From Candidatus Daviesbacteria bacterium (GTDB lineage: Bacteria > Patescibacteriota > Microgenomatia > Daviesbacterales > UBA10151): DNA of 64,000 bases. The notes below the pieces were generated by a model. It ran no database searches, was not told where the DNA came from, and saw only the letters and a program-made list of their open reading frames with translations. Location of the stretch: NCBI GenBank assembly GCA_016184225.1, contig JACPDA010000004.1, positions 208,372-272,371 of the forward strand, given 5' to 3'. The position numbers and the translations under genes are program-made. Below are positions 40,049-49,323 of this stretch, piece by piece. The stretch's first letter is position 1. Each line of letters starts with the position of its first letter.

Positions 40049-40785
40049 GTAATTTAAAGACTTTGCTTAAAAAACATTCCGGAAGGTCCTCTGGCGGAAT
40101 GGTGACTGTCAGAAGCCAGGGCGGCAGGCATAAAAGATATTATAGGGAGATTGATTTTAAGAGGGATAAATTTGGGGTTTCCGGTGAGGTAGTAGCTTTA
40201 GAATATGATCCAAATAGGAACGTGCAGATTGCCTTGGTTAAATATACAGACGGGGAGTATAGGTATATTTTAGCCCCAAAAGGGTTAGGGGTAAAAGATA
40301 AAGTGGTATCAGGAGAAAAGATTGAATCTAAGATAGGTAATGCCATGAGGCTTAAAAATATTACAGTCGGGACACTAGTGCATAACGTAGAACTCTCGCC
40401 TGGTAAGGGCGGACAGATCGGTCGGAGTGCCGGAGTGGCTTTGCAGCTTTTGGCTAAAGAAGGCAGTTTTGCCCAGTTGAAAATGCCCTCAGGTGAGATT
40501 AGAATGGTGCCTCTTCAGTCTTTGGCGACAATCGGCAGTTTAGGGAATGAAGAAATAAGGCAACGGGTTATAGGAAAGGCCGGTAGGTCCCGCCATATGG
40601 GTATTAAGCCAAATGTTAGGGGTGTAGCCCAAGATCCTGATTCACATCCGCACGGCGGAGGAGAAGGCAGGTCTGGGATTGGACGTAAAACACCGATGAC
40701 CAAATACGGTCGGCCGGCTGTTGGTAAAACCAGAAATAGAAAGAAATGGACCAATAGATACATAATGAAAAGGAGAAAACCATAA
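40045..40785 (+). CDS. rplB: 50S ribosomal protein L2
   Basis: Conserved L2 sequence (..GRNN.GRITVRHRGGGHKR-like [18 protein letters not shown]..). Confidence 0.95.
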
Positions 40786-41066
40786 TGGGCAGGTCAACTA
40801 AAAAAGGTCCGTATATTGATGAAAAATTAATGAAAAAAGTGATGGCTCAAAAGACCGGTGCTAAAAACCCAATCAAAACTTGGGCCAGAAGGTCACAGAT
40901 CCCACCGGAATTTGTAGGACACACTTTTTTAGTCCACCAGGGCAAGAATTTTGTAACAGTGTTTGTGAGTGAGTCAATGGTTGGACATCGACTCGGGGAA
41001 TTTGCCCCAACAAGACTTTTTAGGAGCCATGGAAAGGTGACTGAGAAGAGTGTGGCCAAGACATAG
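40785..41066 (+). CDS. rpsS: 30S ribosomal protein S19
   Basis: [19 protein letters not shown].. Confidence 0.9.
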   Translation: MGRSTKKGPYIDEKLMKKVMAQKTGAKNPIKTWARRSQIPPEFVGHTFLVHQGKNFVTVFVSESMVGHRLGEFAPTRLFRSHGKVTEKSVAKT

Positions 41067-41168
41067 TTATTCGTCATTCCGAGGTCCGCCAAAGGCGGAC
41101 CGTGGGAATCTTGATTACAAGAAAGATTGCCACGTCGTTTCACTCCTCGCAATGACAGGAAGAAAATT

Positions 41169-41585
41169 ATGGAAATAACAACTATACAAAAATACATACA
41201 TACCAGCCCCCGGAAACTGAGATTAGTGACGGATATGGTTCGTAACATGGAACCAGCCAGGGCTTTAGCTGTTTTGGGTTTAACTCCGAAAGTTGCTGCT
41301 AAAGATTTGGGGAAAGCATTGAAGACGGTTTTAGCCAATGCAAAACAGAGAGGCTTGGATACTTCCAAACTAACTTTTAAAAAGGTGGAGATAAACGAAA
41401 GCATAAAAATGCGCCGCTTCAGGGCAGGCACTAAAGGCAGGGTTAGGCCATATAAGAGAAGAATGAGCCATATAAAGATAGTTTTAAGTGATGGGTTGGA
41501 TCAAGAGTCTAGAGTCAAGAGTCTAGAGTCAAGTAAGAATACAGAACAATCCAAAGAAAAGAAAGGAGAAAAGTCTGACAGCTGA
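41169..41585 (+). CDS. rplV: 50S ribosomal protein L22 with C-terminal tail encoded by a (N)AGAGTC heptamer array
   Basis: ..SPRKLRLVTDMVRNM.. L22 core; track ORF begins at an upstream TTG (41127), ATG at 41169 fits the L22 N-terminus better. Confidence 0.85.
   Translation: MEITTIQKYIHTSPRKLRLVTDMVRNMEPARALAVLGLTPKVAAKDLGKALKTVLANAKQRGLDTSKLTFKKVEINESIKMRRFRAGTKGRVRPYKRRMSHIKIVLSDGLDQESRVKSLESSKNTEQSKEKKGEKSDS
41503..41533 (+). repeat. (N)AGAGTC heptamer array x4 inside the rplV 3' end
   Basis: AAGAGTC TAGAGTC AAGAGTC TAGAGTC. Confidence 0.6.
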
Positions 41586-41610
41586 AAGCTGAAGACTGAT
41601 AGCTAATTTC

Positions 41611-42252
41611 ATGGGACAAAAGATACATCCGGTAGGTTTCAGAATGGGCATTGGGGCGACCTGGAAGTCTCGTTGGTTTGCTAGTGGAGTAAAGTATCAA
41701 CAATACTTGGCCGAGGATTTAAAAATCCGTAATCTTCTGATGAAGAAATTGCGGCCAGCAGGCATTGGTTCTATAGAAATAGAAAGAGCGGTAAATAAAT
41801 TAAAAGTAATAATCTATGTTTCTCGTCCGGGAGTTCTAATCGGACGCGGAGGGAGTGGTTTAACTGAAGTTAAAAAGTTTCTAATGAAGGAGCTTAAGAT
41901 TAAAGATGAGAATAGTTTAGAGATTGCCCCAATGGAATTAAAATCGGCTGACCTTTCAGCTTATCTTATTGCTCAATCTGTGGCAGAACAGCTTGCTCGT
42001 AGGCTTCCTGCACAAAGAGTAATGAATCAGGTAATCGAGAGGGCAATGAGGGCAGGCGCAAAAGGAGTAAGAATTGTTTTGTCCGGTAGGATTGGCGGAG
42101 CTGAAATTGCCAGGCGCGAGTGGAAGGCTGCCGGTACCATGCCTTTACATACGCTTCGGGCCGATATAGACTTTGTTGTTTATCCGGCACTTACAAAATC
42201 CGGGTATGTTGGGGTGAAGGTGTGGATTAACAAAGGAGAGGTAGAAATATAG
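41611..42252 (+). CDS. rpsC: 30S ribosomal protein S3
   Basis: KH-like N-terminal region; order L22-S3-L16. Confidence 0.9.
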   Translation: MGQKIHPVGFRMGIGATWKSRWFASGVKYQQYLAEDLKIRNLLMKKLRPAGIGSIEIERAVNKLKVIIYVSRPGVLIGRGGSGLTEVKKFLMKELKIKDENSLEIAPMELKSADLSAYLIAQSVAEQLARRLPAQRVMNQVIERAMRAGAKGVRIVLSGRIGGAEIARREWKAAGTMPLHTLRADIDFVVYPALTKSGYVGVKVWINKGEVEI

Positions 42253-42328
42253 TGCAAAGTGCAAAGGGAAAAGTGCAAAGTCAAAAAAAGACTTAGCACT
42301 TAGCACTATTCACTAATTACTAATTATT
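42253..42328 (+). repeat. Solo (cargo-less) copy of the inverted-repeat element that flanks the four-helix-bundle gene; (GTGCAAAG)x3 + CTTAGCACTTAGCACTATTCACT, hairpin-forming
   Basis: Left and right halves match the flanks at 36797-36826 and 37188-37220. Confidence 0.55.
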
Positions 42329-42739
42329 ATGGCATTACTGCAACCAAAAAGAATGAAACATAGAAAAGCCTTTAAGGGTAAAAGAGGCGGGGTAGCAACA
42401 CGGGGTAATAGTTTATCTTTTGGATCTTTTGGGCTAAAAGCTATGGAAGCAAGTTTTATTTCTGCAAGACAACTGGAGGCGGCAAGGCGGGCCATGGCCC
42501 ATTTTACCCAAAGAGGCGGACGTATTTGGATCAGGGTTTTTCCTGATAAGCCAATCACCAAACACCCGGCTGAGAGCCGGATGGGTTCAGGTAAAGGAGA
42601 TGTGGAGGGGTATGTGGCGGTAGTAAAACCCGGACAATTAATTTTTGAAATGGGAGCAGTATCTAAATTAATAGCAGAGGAAGCACTTAGGCTAGCTGCC
42701 CATAAGCTGCCGGTTGGTACTAAGTTTGTGGAGAAATAG
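42329..42739 (+). CDS. rplP: 50S ribosomal protein L16
   Basis: [17 protein letters not shown].. Confidence 0.9.
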   Translation: MALLQPKRMKHRKAFKGKRGGVATRGNSLSFGSFGLKAMEASFISARQLEAARRAMAHFTQRGGRIWIRVFPDKPITKHPAESRMGSGKGDVEGYVAVVKPGQLIFEMGAVSKLIAEEALRLAAHKLPVGTKFVEK

Positions 42740-42743
42740 ATTT

Positions 42744-43016
42744 ATGAAAAAACAAGAATTTATACAGATTAAAGGATTAGATTTAAAAGAACTTAATATT
42801 AAAGCGAAGGCTTTAAAAGATGAAATCGCAAGTCTGACTCTGGATAAAAATATGAAAAAATTAAAGGATTTTAAAATGGTTTCAAAAAAGAAAAAAGAGT
42901 TGGCCCAAATCTTGACTGTTATTAGACAGAAAGAACTTTTGGGACAGTTGGAATCGCAGGTAAAACACAAAGAGTCTAATGAAGAAGTATCAAAAGTAAA
43001 AAAGGAGAAAAAATAA
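42744..43016 (+). CDS. rpmC: 50S ribosomal protein L29 with K/E-rich C-terminal tail
   Basis: Start at internal ATG of the track ORF (MKKQEFIQIKGLDLKELN..), matches the L29 N-terminus. Confidence 0.75.
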   Translation: MKKQEFIQIKGLDLKELNIKAKALKDEIASLTLDKNMKKLKDFKMVSKKKKELAQILTVIRQKELLGQLESQVKHKESNEEVSKVKKEKK

Positions 43017-43406
43017 ATGATTGGTAGAGTTGTTTCAACAAAAATGAATAATACGGCAACGGTTTTGGTAGAAAGAGAAGCAAGGAATCCTTTATACAAA
43101 AAAACTTATGTTCAGACTAAGAAGTATTTGGTGGATACGATAGTTACGGTGAAAGATGGAGACATGGTGGAGATTGTAAAGGTAAGACCGGTTTCTAAAA
43201 ATAAACACTGGAAGGTTGTTAAAGTGGTAGGGAAAGATTTGGAGGCAATCACTGAGGAGAAATTGAAGGCCGCAGCGGAGCAGACGATTGCCGAAGTGAT
43301 GCCGGAGGAGAAAGAAGAGTCTAGAGTCGAGAATCAAGAGTCAAGTAAAGAAGTATCAAAAAAAGAAAAAGTATCAAAAGCAAGAAAGGAGAAAACTAGT
43401 CACTAG
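43017..43406 (+). CDS. rpsQ: 30S ribosomal protein S17 with C-terminal tail encoded by the heptamer array
   Basis: MIGRVVSTKMNNTATVLVER.. Confidence 0.85.
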   Translation: MIGRVVSTKMNNTATVLVEREARNPLYKKTYVQTKKYLVDTIVTVKDGDMVEIVKVRPVSKNKHWKVVKVVGKDLEAITEEKLKAAAEQTIAEVMPEEKEESRVENQESSKEVSKKEKVSKARKEKTSH

Positions 43407-43424
43407 ACTCTAGCGACTAGACAC
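43315..43424 (+). repeat. (N)AGAGTC heptamer array (43315-43346) and complementary box GACTCTAGCGACTAGACACT (43405-43424) ending 6 nt before the rplN ATG
   Basis: Same two-part architecture as at 5596-5672. Confidence 0.6.
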
Positions 43425-43430
43425 TAACTA

Positions 43431-43799
43431 ATGGTACAGCACAGATCAAGACTGACAGTTGCAGACAACAGCGGTGCCAAATCAATTATGGTGATTCAAC
43501 CTTTGGGGGGTTCGGGTAAAAGAAAGGCCAGTTTAGGACAATTGGTTGTGGCGGTTGTCAAAGGAGCGGATCCAAATGGACAGGTGAAAAATCACGAAAT
43601 AATAAAAGTTGTGATCGTCCGGACTAAAAAAGAGGTCAGGCGCGATGATGGTTCATACATTAAATTTGATGATAATGCCGGAGTGGTAGTAGATAATGAT
43701 GGGAACTTGCGGGCCACCCGTATTTTTGGCCCGATTGCCAGAGAAATTAGGGATGCCGGATATACGAAAATTATTTCTTTAGCACAGGAGGTTTGGTAG
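43431..43799 (+). CDS. rplN: 50S ribosomal protein L14
   Basis: MVQHRSRLTVADNSGAK.. Confidence 0.95.
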   Translation: MVQHRSRLTVADNSGAKSIMVIQPLGGSGKRKASLGQLVVAVVKGADPNGQVKNHEIIKVVIVRTKKEVRRDDGSYIKFDDNAGVVVDNDGNLRATRIFGPIAREIRDAGYTKIISLAQEVW

Positions 43800-43815
43800 T
43801 TCGACTACGCTCACT

Positions 43816-44136
43816 ATGAAAATTAAAAAGGGAGACAAAGTGAAGGTGTTGCTTGGTAAAGACAGAGGCAAAGAAGGCAAGGTAGTGTTTGTCTTGGCTA
43901 AGGCTGGCAAGGTATTCGTTGAGGGAGCTAATCTTTATAAGAGGCATGTTAAAAAGCAAGGGCAGATGGAGGGCGGGATTATTGACATCCCCAAACCATT
44001 TAATGTTTCTAATGTAGCGTTGATATGCTCTAATTGTAAAAAGGTTGCCCGAATAGGTTATATGATGGCTGGAAATGAGAAAATGAGAATTTGTCGAAAG
44101 TGCAAAAAGGAGATCAAAACAGATGCAAAGGCTTAA
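43816..44136 (+). CDS. rplX: 50S ribosomal protein L24 with C-terminal C4 zinc-ribbon extension
   Basis: MKIKKGDKVKVL..; CSNC..CRKC tail. Confidence 0.85.
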   Translation: MKIKKGDKVKVLLGKDRGKEGKVVFVLAKAGKVFVEGANLYKRHVKKQGQMEGGIIDIPKPFNVSNVALICSNCKKVARIGYMMAGNEKMRICRKCKKEIKTDAKA

Positions 44137-44680
44137 AGAAAAATATATGAACGAAGTACGACAGAAGTTGCAGGGGAGCTTGCAGTTAAAAAATAAACTA
44201 GCAGTTCCGCGCCTTAAAAAAATTGTGATCAGTATTGGTTTGGGTGAGGCAAAGGATAACGCCGGTATCTTGGATAAAGTAAAAGTTTATTTTACCCAGC
44301 TTGGAGGGCAAGTCCCTGTTGTCACAAAGGCTAAAAAATCTATTGCCTCTTTTAAAGTTAGTAAGGGTCAACCTATTGGGATGATGATGACTTTAAGAGG
44401 TGAGAGAATGTATGCCTTTTTGGACAAGTTAATTAATATAGCTTTACCGAAGGTGAGGGATTTTAGAGGAATATCTCAAGACTCCTTTGACGCTCAAGGA
44501 AATTTAAATATTGGTTTGAAGGAACAAACTATTTTTCCGGAGGTTGATTACAAGAGTGTGGACAAAACCAGGGGTTTGGCAGTAACTATTACAACGAGTG
44601 CAAGAAATAGGGGCGGTCACACCGCTAAAGAGGAAGGAAAGGAATTATTAGGAGCCTTAGGGTTTCCTTTTAGGAGTTAA
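44123..44680 (+). CDS. rplE: 50S ribosomal protein L5
   Basis: Conserved L5 blocks. Confidence 0.9.
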   Translation: MQRLKEKYMNEVRQKLQGSLQLKNKLAVPRLKKIVISIGLGEAKDNAGILDKVKVYFTQLGGQVPVVTKAKKSIASFKVSKGQPIGMMMTLRGERMYAFLDKLINIALPKVRDFRGISQDSFDAQGNLNIGLKEQTIFPEVDYKSVDKTRGLAVTITTSARNRGGHTAKEEGKELLGALGFPFRS

Positions 44681-44683
44681 ATT

Positions 44684-44863
44684 ATGGCTAAGGTGAGTAA
44701 TATTGTCAAGAAAAAGTTTAAATATGAAGTTCAACAGAAAAACCGTTGTATGAAGTGTGGTCGGTCTCGGGCATATCTTAGTAAATTTGGTTTGTGTAGA
44801 CTTTGTTTTAGAGAATTAGCACATCTGGGGTTACTCCCGGGAGTGAAGAAAGCGAGTTGGTAA
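44684..44863 (+). CDS. rpsN: 30S ribosomal protein S14 type Z (59 aa, zinc-binding); not in the ORF track because it is under 60 aa
   Basis: [59 protein letters not shown]. Confidence 0.8.
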   Translation: MAKVSNIVKKKFKYEVQQKNRCMKCGRSRAYLSKFGLCRLCFRELAHLGLLPGVKKASW

Positions 44864-44865
44864 TT

Positions 44866-45240
44866 ATGGACCCTGTGGGTGACGCATTAATCAGATTAAA
44901 AAACGGTTATTCGGTTGGCAAGGTCGAAGTTTACTTGAATTTTTCTAAACTGGTTTGGAACCTTGTCAAGTTACTACAAAAGGAAGGATATCTCTCCGAA
45001 GTTAAACAGGATAAAAGAGAAATAATACTTACACTAAAATATAATTCCAGGATTCCGGTTTTAACTGATGTTAAGAGAGTCTCGAAGCCCTCTCTCAGGG
45101 TTTACAAAGGGGTTAAAGATTTACCATGGGTTTTGAATGGGTTAGGCGTAGCTGTTATTTCAACACCTAAAGGCTTGATGACTGACAAGCAGGCACGTAA
45201 ACTCAAAGTAGGAGGGGAGGTCCTGGCATTAGTCTGGTAA
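44866..45240 (+). CDS. rpsH: 30S ribosomal protein S8
   Basis: MDPVGDALIRLKNG..; ATG at 44866 preferred over the track TTG at 44857. Confidence 0.9.
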   Translation: MDPVGDALIRLKNGYSVGKVEVYLNFSKLVWNLVKLLQKEGYLSEVKQDKREIILTLKYNSRIPVLTDVKRVSKPSLRVYKGVKDLPWVLNGLGVAVISTPKGLMTDKQARKLKVGGEVLALVW

Positions 45241-45246
45241 AAATCT

Positions 45247-45816
45247 ATGTCTAGAATTGGAAATGCACCGATCATAATACCTACAGGAGTAACAGTTGAA
45301 AAAGACGGTAAGACAGTCAGCGTAACAGGGCCAAAGGGAATTTTGAAACTTGAGGTGGACCCGAGTATTTCAGTAGAGATTGAGGGTGGTCAAGTTATTA
45401 TTAAAAGGAAAAATGATGAGAAAAAAATTAGGGCATTACATGGTTTAACCAGAAGCCTGCTTGCCAATATGGTAGTGGGGGTGACTAATTCCTGGAGTAA
45501 AGATTTGGAACTGATAGGAGTAGGGTTTCGAGCACAGGTTAGCGGAGAAAAGATGATCTTAAACGTTGGATATTCTCACCCGGTGGAAATTACCGCACCG
45601 GCCGGAATAAGTTTTGAGGTTTCGGATAATACTAAGATTAAAGTAATGGGAATAGATAAACAGCTGGTTGGTCAAACTGCTGCCAATATTAAGAAAGTCA
45701 GAGTCCCTGATGTTTATAAGGGTAAAGGAATAAGATATGAGGGCGAGTATATCAGAAAGAAAGTCGGGAAAAGTGCAAAAGTAGGAGTTGCAGCGGGAGG
45801 TGCAGGAGGAAAGTAG
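45247..45816 (+). CDS. rplF: 50S ribosomal protein L6
   Basis: MSRIGNAPIIIP.. Confidence 0.9.
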   Translation: MSRIGNAPIIIPTGVTVEKDGKTVSVTGPKGILKLEVDPSISVEIEGGQVIIKRKNDEKKIRALHGLTRSLLANMVVGVTNSWSKDLELIGVGFRAQVSGEKMILNVGYSHPVEITAPAGISFEVSDNTKIKVMGIDKQLVGQTAANIKKVRVPDVYKGKGIRYEGEYIRKKVGKSAKVGVAAGGAGGK

Positions 45817-45828
45817 GTATAGAGTATT

Positions 45829-46161
45829 ATGTATAAAGCATCAAGGGTAAGCAAACATCAAAAAATTAGAAAGAAGATCATTGGAACTAAAGACAAACCT
45901 AGGCTGGCGGTGTTTCGTTCTGGACAACACATCTATGCTCAGATTATTGATGATAGTCAAAGTAAGACTTTGGTTGCAGCTTCTGACCTAAAAGAAAATG
46001 GTACCAAAAAAGAAAGGGCATTAAAAGTGGGTAAAAGCTTGGCAGAAAGGGCATTAAAGCATAAAATAACAGTAGTTGTTTTTGACAGGGGTGGCTTTCT
46101 GTATCAAGGCAGGATAGCAGAAATTGCTAAAGGAGCCAGGGAAGGAGGACTGAAATTTTAA
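45829..46161 (+). CDS. rplR: 50S ribosomal protein L18
   Basis: ..[19 protein letters not shown].. Confidence 0.85.
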   Translation: MYKASRVSKHQKIRKKIIGTKDKPRLAVFRSGQHIYAQIIDDSQSKTLVAASDLKENGTKKERALKVGKSLAERALKHKITVVVFDRGGFLYQGRIAEIAKGAREGGLKF

Positions 46162-46664
46162 TGAATCCAGAAGTTCCGCAAGAAGAATACTTTGAAAGAG
46201 TAGTACAAGTTAACAGAGTTTCAAAGAAAACTAAAGGTGGTGATAAAAGATCTTTGTCTGTGTTGGTAGTAGTGGGGGATAAAAAAGGCAAAGTGGGAGT
46301 GGGACTAGGTAAAGCGGCTGAAGTTCAATCCGCAGTGAGAAAAGCAACCAGTTATGCAAAAAAGCACTTAATAGAAGTTTCCTTAAAAGGAAGAACTATA
46401 CCACATCCAATTTTGGTGAAAAACGGAGCAGCCAAGGTGCTTCTTAAGCCGGCTCCTGTTGGTACAGGAGTAATTGCCGGAGGAGCAGTTAGGGTGGTAG
46501 TAGAAGCGGCAGGTATCCACGATATTGTTTCTAAAATCCTGGGTACTAAAAATCAGGCTTCGAATGTTTATGCCACTCTTGAGGCGCTGGGGAAACTCAA
46601 GAAGATAGAGTCGAGAGTCGAGAGTCAAGAGTCTAGACAGCAAGGCAAAAAGACTGGTTCCTAG
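46161..46664 (+). CDS. rpsE: 30S ribosomal protein S5 with heptamer-array-encoded C-terminal tail; followed directly by rplO (no L30 gene)
   Basis: S5 dsRBD-like N-terminus; tail ..[21 protein letters not shown]. Confidence 0.9.
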   Translation: MNPEVPQEEYFERVVQVNRVSKKTKGGDKRSLSVLVVVGDKKGKVGVGLGKAAEVQSAVRKATSYAKKHLIEVSLKGRTIPHPILVKNGAAKVLLKPAPVGTGVIAGGAVRVVVEAAGIHDIVSKILGTKNQASNVYATLEALGKLKKIESRVESQESRQQGKKTGS

Positions 46665-46690
46665 ATTCTAGACTCTAGCGACTAGCCACT
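46605..46690 (+). repeat. (N)AGAGTC heptamer array (46605-46638), spacer, and box GACTCTAGCGACTAGCCACT (46671-46690) ending 5 nt before the rplO ATG; 10-bp inverted repeat AGAGTCTAGA/TCTAGACTCT
   Basis: Direct reading of sequence. Confidence 0.6.
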
Positions 46691-46695
46691 ATTAT

Positions 46696-47130
46696 ATGAA
46701 ACTGCATGAATTATTAAAAGTTAAGACTAGATCTAAAAAAAGACTTGGACGTGGTTTAGGTTCTGGTAAAGGTAAGACTGGAGGAAGAGGTACCAAAGGT
46801 CAGAAAGCAAGAGGTACCATCCCCGTTACTTTTACTGGGAATCTTCCTCTCTACAAAAAATTACCTTTGAGGAGAGGGAAAGGTAATCCCAAAGGCTCCA
46901 CGAAACTTAAACTAATTAATATCAGCAAATTAAAGGCTTTTAAAGCAAAAGAAGTTGTGGATATAGGTAAACTACAAGAGACAAAGATTATTTCTAAAAG
47001 GGAAGCAAAAAGGGGTGTCAAAATTTTAGGAAAAGGAGAAATAAATCAAGTTTTAACTATTAAACTTCCTATGTCGGATTCTGCCCGTAAGAAAATTGAA
47101 AAGGCGGGTGGGAAGGCGATAGATGTCTAA
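46696..47130 (+). CDS. rplO: 50S ribosomal protein L15
   Basis: ..[22 protein letters not shown].. Confidence 0.85.
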   Translation: MKLHELLKVKTRSKKRLGRGLGSGKGKTGGRGTKGQKARGTIPVTFTGNLPLYKKLPLRRGKGNPKGSTKLKLINISKLKAFKAKEVVDIGKLQETKIISKREAKRGVKILGKGEINQVLTIKLPMSDSARKKIEKAGGKAIDV

Positions 47131-48418
47131 CATATTATCCCCAATTATTAATGCTTTTAAGATAGCCGAGCTGAGAAGAAAAATCCTTATCACGACAATT
47201 TTGGTAATAATTTTTAGAATTACCGCCCATATCCCTGTTTCTGGAGTAGATTTGGCAGGACTTCAACAACTTTTCTCATCCAATCAATTTTTGGGACTTT
47301 TGGATATTTTCTCAGGAGGAACTCTTGCTAATTTTTCTATTATTTCTTTGGGCCTTAATCCTTACATTAATGCTTCTATAATATTCCAGCTTCTAACTAT
47401 GATCAGTCCGAAACTGGAAGCCCTCTCTAAAGAAGGCGAGATGGGGAGGCAAATAATCAATCAATATACAAGATATTTAACTGTGCCGCTTGCGCTTTTG
47501 CAAGCAATAGGTATGTTTGTGCTGCTTAAAAATCAAGGGATCATTACTCAAATTAATCCTCTTCAGATTGCCTCAATTATTGTAGGTATGACTGCAGGAA
47601 CCATTTTCTTAATGTGGATTGGAGAGCTGATTACAGAGTATGGCATTGGTAATGGGATATCACTTTTAATTTTTGCAGGAATTGTTTCGAGGGTCCCTGT
47701 TGTTTTAACACAAACAGCTTCAGTTGTAGATCAAACACAACTGATAAATATTATCATCTTTACAGTACTATCGATTTTAGTAGTGGCGGGAGTAGTTTTC
47801 ATTAACGAAGGAAGAAGACAGATTACTGTCCAGTATGCAAGAAGATTCACAGGAGGGAGAGTGGGGGGAACGGGTGCCCAGACTTATCTGCCGCTGCGGG
47901 TTAACCAAGCTGGAGTAATTCCGATTATTTTTGCGGTCTCTTTAGTGTTGGTTCCATCTTTTGCAGGGTCGTATCTGGCAGGTTTACCTCAACCACAACT
48001 TGCTTCTCTAGGCAAAATTTTGGCCACAAATTTTAATCCCGGAAGCTTAGTCTATAATTTAGTATATTTTCTCCTGGTGGTAGGTTTTACCTTTTTCTAT
48101 ACGGCCGTGATTTTTAACCCTACAAAAGTAGCCGATGAAATTAAAAAATACGGAGGATTTATCCCGGGGATACGACCGGGTACCCAGAGTGCCTCTTTCT
48201 TAAATTATATTATGGTGAGAATTACTCTGGCAGGGGCCATATTTTTAGGTGCCATTGCAGTTTTACCTTCAATTGCATCTTCCCTGACAGGAATCCAAAC
48301 TTTAGTTTTGGGAGGAACAGGTCTTCTAATCGTTGTTTCAGTGATCTTAGATACGGCTAAACAATTTGAGAGTAAGTTAATTGAAAGAAGTTATGAAGTG
48401 TTTGCAAGAAGAGGCTAA
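47123..48418 (+). CDS. secY: Preprotein translocase subunit SecY
   Basis: 10 TM topology, conserved SecY blocks. Confidence 0.9.
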   Translation: MSNILSPIINAFKIAELRRKILITTILVIIFRITAHIPVSGVDLAGLQQLFSSNQFLGLLDIFSGGTLANFSIISLGLNPYINASIIFQLLTMISPKLEALSKEGEMGRQIINQYTRYLTVPLALLQAIGMFVLLKNQGIITQINPLQIASIIVGMTAGTIFLMWIGELITEYGIGNGISLLIFAGIVSRVPVVLTQTASVVDQTQLINIIIFTVLSILVVAGVVFINEGRRQITVQYARRFTGGRVGGTGAQTYLPLRVNQAGVIPIIFAVSLVLVPSFAGSYLAGLPQPQLASLGKILATNFNPGSLVYNLVYFLLVVGFTFFYTAVIFNPTKVADEIKKYGGFIPGIRPGTQSASFLNYIMVRITLAGAIFLGAIAVLPSIASSLTGIQTLVLGGTGLLIVVSVILDTAKQFESKLIERSYEVFARRG

Positions 48419-48452
48419 ATGGAAGTCTAATGCATATAGTATAATTTAGTAT

Positions 48453-49100
48453 ATGGAAACAGTTCCACCTCCTAACATTGAAACTCTGAAACAACCTACA
48501 AAGGCACAACTCTTTGAACATCTATTCCCGGGAAACAAATTTAAGGATCTATCTCCTTTTAATCCGCTCAATATACCGAGTATATTAAGGTGGATTTATT
48601 TTAAAGATAGGGTTATAGATATTAGCAAAGCGTTTCATGTTCAACAAGGATATGCGGATAGGTCTGATTTTCAGCACCTCGATCAATTATCAGTTGCACT
48701 TGAATTTTTAAATCCGATTGCTATTGTGAAAGAGAATCCTTTAAGATTCAAAGGGTGGGTCGCTGACTTATTAAAAGATGGAGAACAACTGGGAGGGCTC
48801 GCAGTTCAACAATACCAGTATGTACCTCAAGAAAGACTTGATGCATATGCGCGCAGTACTTTAGAGCCTAAAGCATTTGTTGATTGGGTCAAGCATGGAT
48901 TTAGAAACTCAGATGAGGCGGAAGAATATTTAAGAAGCTTTTATGAGTCTGTATCTGTAAAAGTTATTGGTATTTTAGGATCTGATGGGAAACCAAATGG
49001 GTTAATTAGATTCATTGAGGGTCCGAGACCAAGAAATGGAGAAAGGGTAAAAAGCCCGAGCCTAGTCGGTAACTTGGTTGCTACGAGCGTGAAAATATAA
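48453..49100 (+). CDS. Hypothetical protein (215 aa) inserted between secY and adk
   Basis: ORF with -10 TATAAT (48440-48445) 7 nt upstream; no recognised domain. Confidence 0.45.
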   Translation: METVPPPNIETLKQPTKAQLFEHLFPGNKFKDLSPFNPLNIPSILRWIYFKDRVIDISKAFHVQQGYADRSDFQHLDQLSVALEFLNPIAIVKENPLRFKGWVADLLKDGEQLGGLAVQQYQYVPQERLDAYARSTLEPKAFVDWVKHGFRNSDEAEEYLRSFYESVSVKVIGILGSDGKPNGLIRFIEGPRPRNGERVKSPSLVGNLVATSVKI

Positions 49101-49308
49101 TCCCCATTTCAGACAAATATATAACGCCGTGGTATAAATGTCTTTTAAACTTAAGCGCCGGTGGTTGATTTGCCGTCTTGCCTGACTCTTCTGACCATTT
49201 CTGACAAGTTCATCCCTAGACGAATTTTCTGATCACCGGACATTTGAGAATATCTTTTTAAGATGAAAGAAATTAGCTTTTTCATGCTTCCTATGTTAGC
49301 ACAACTCC

Positions 49309-49317
49309 TGATATAAT
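49309..49317 (+). promoter_or_regulatory. Extended -10 TGATATAAT, 6 nt before the adk ATG (leaderless)
   Basis: TATAAT 49312-49317, ATG 49324. Confidence 0.5.
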
Positions 49318-49323
49318 GGCAGA

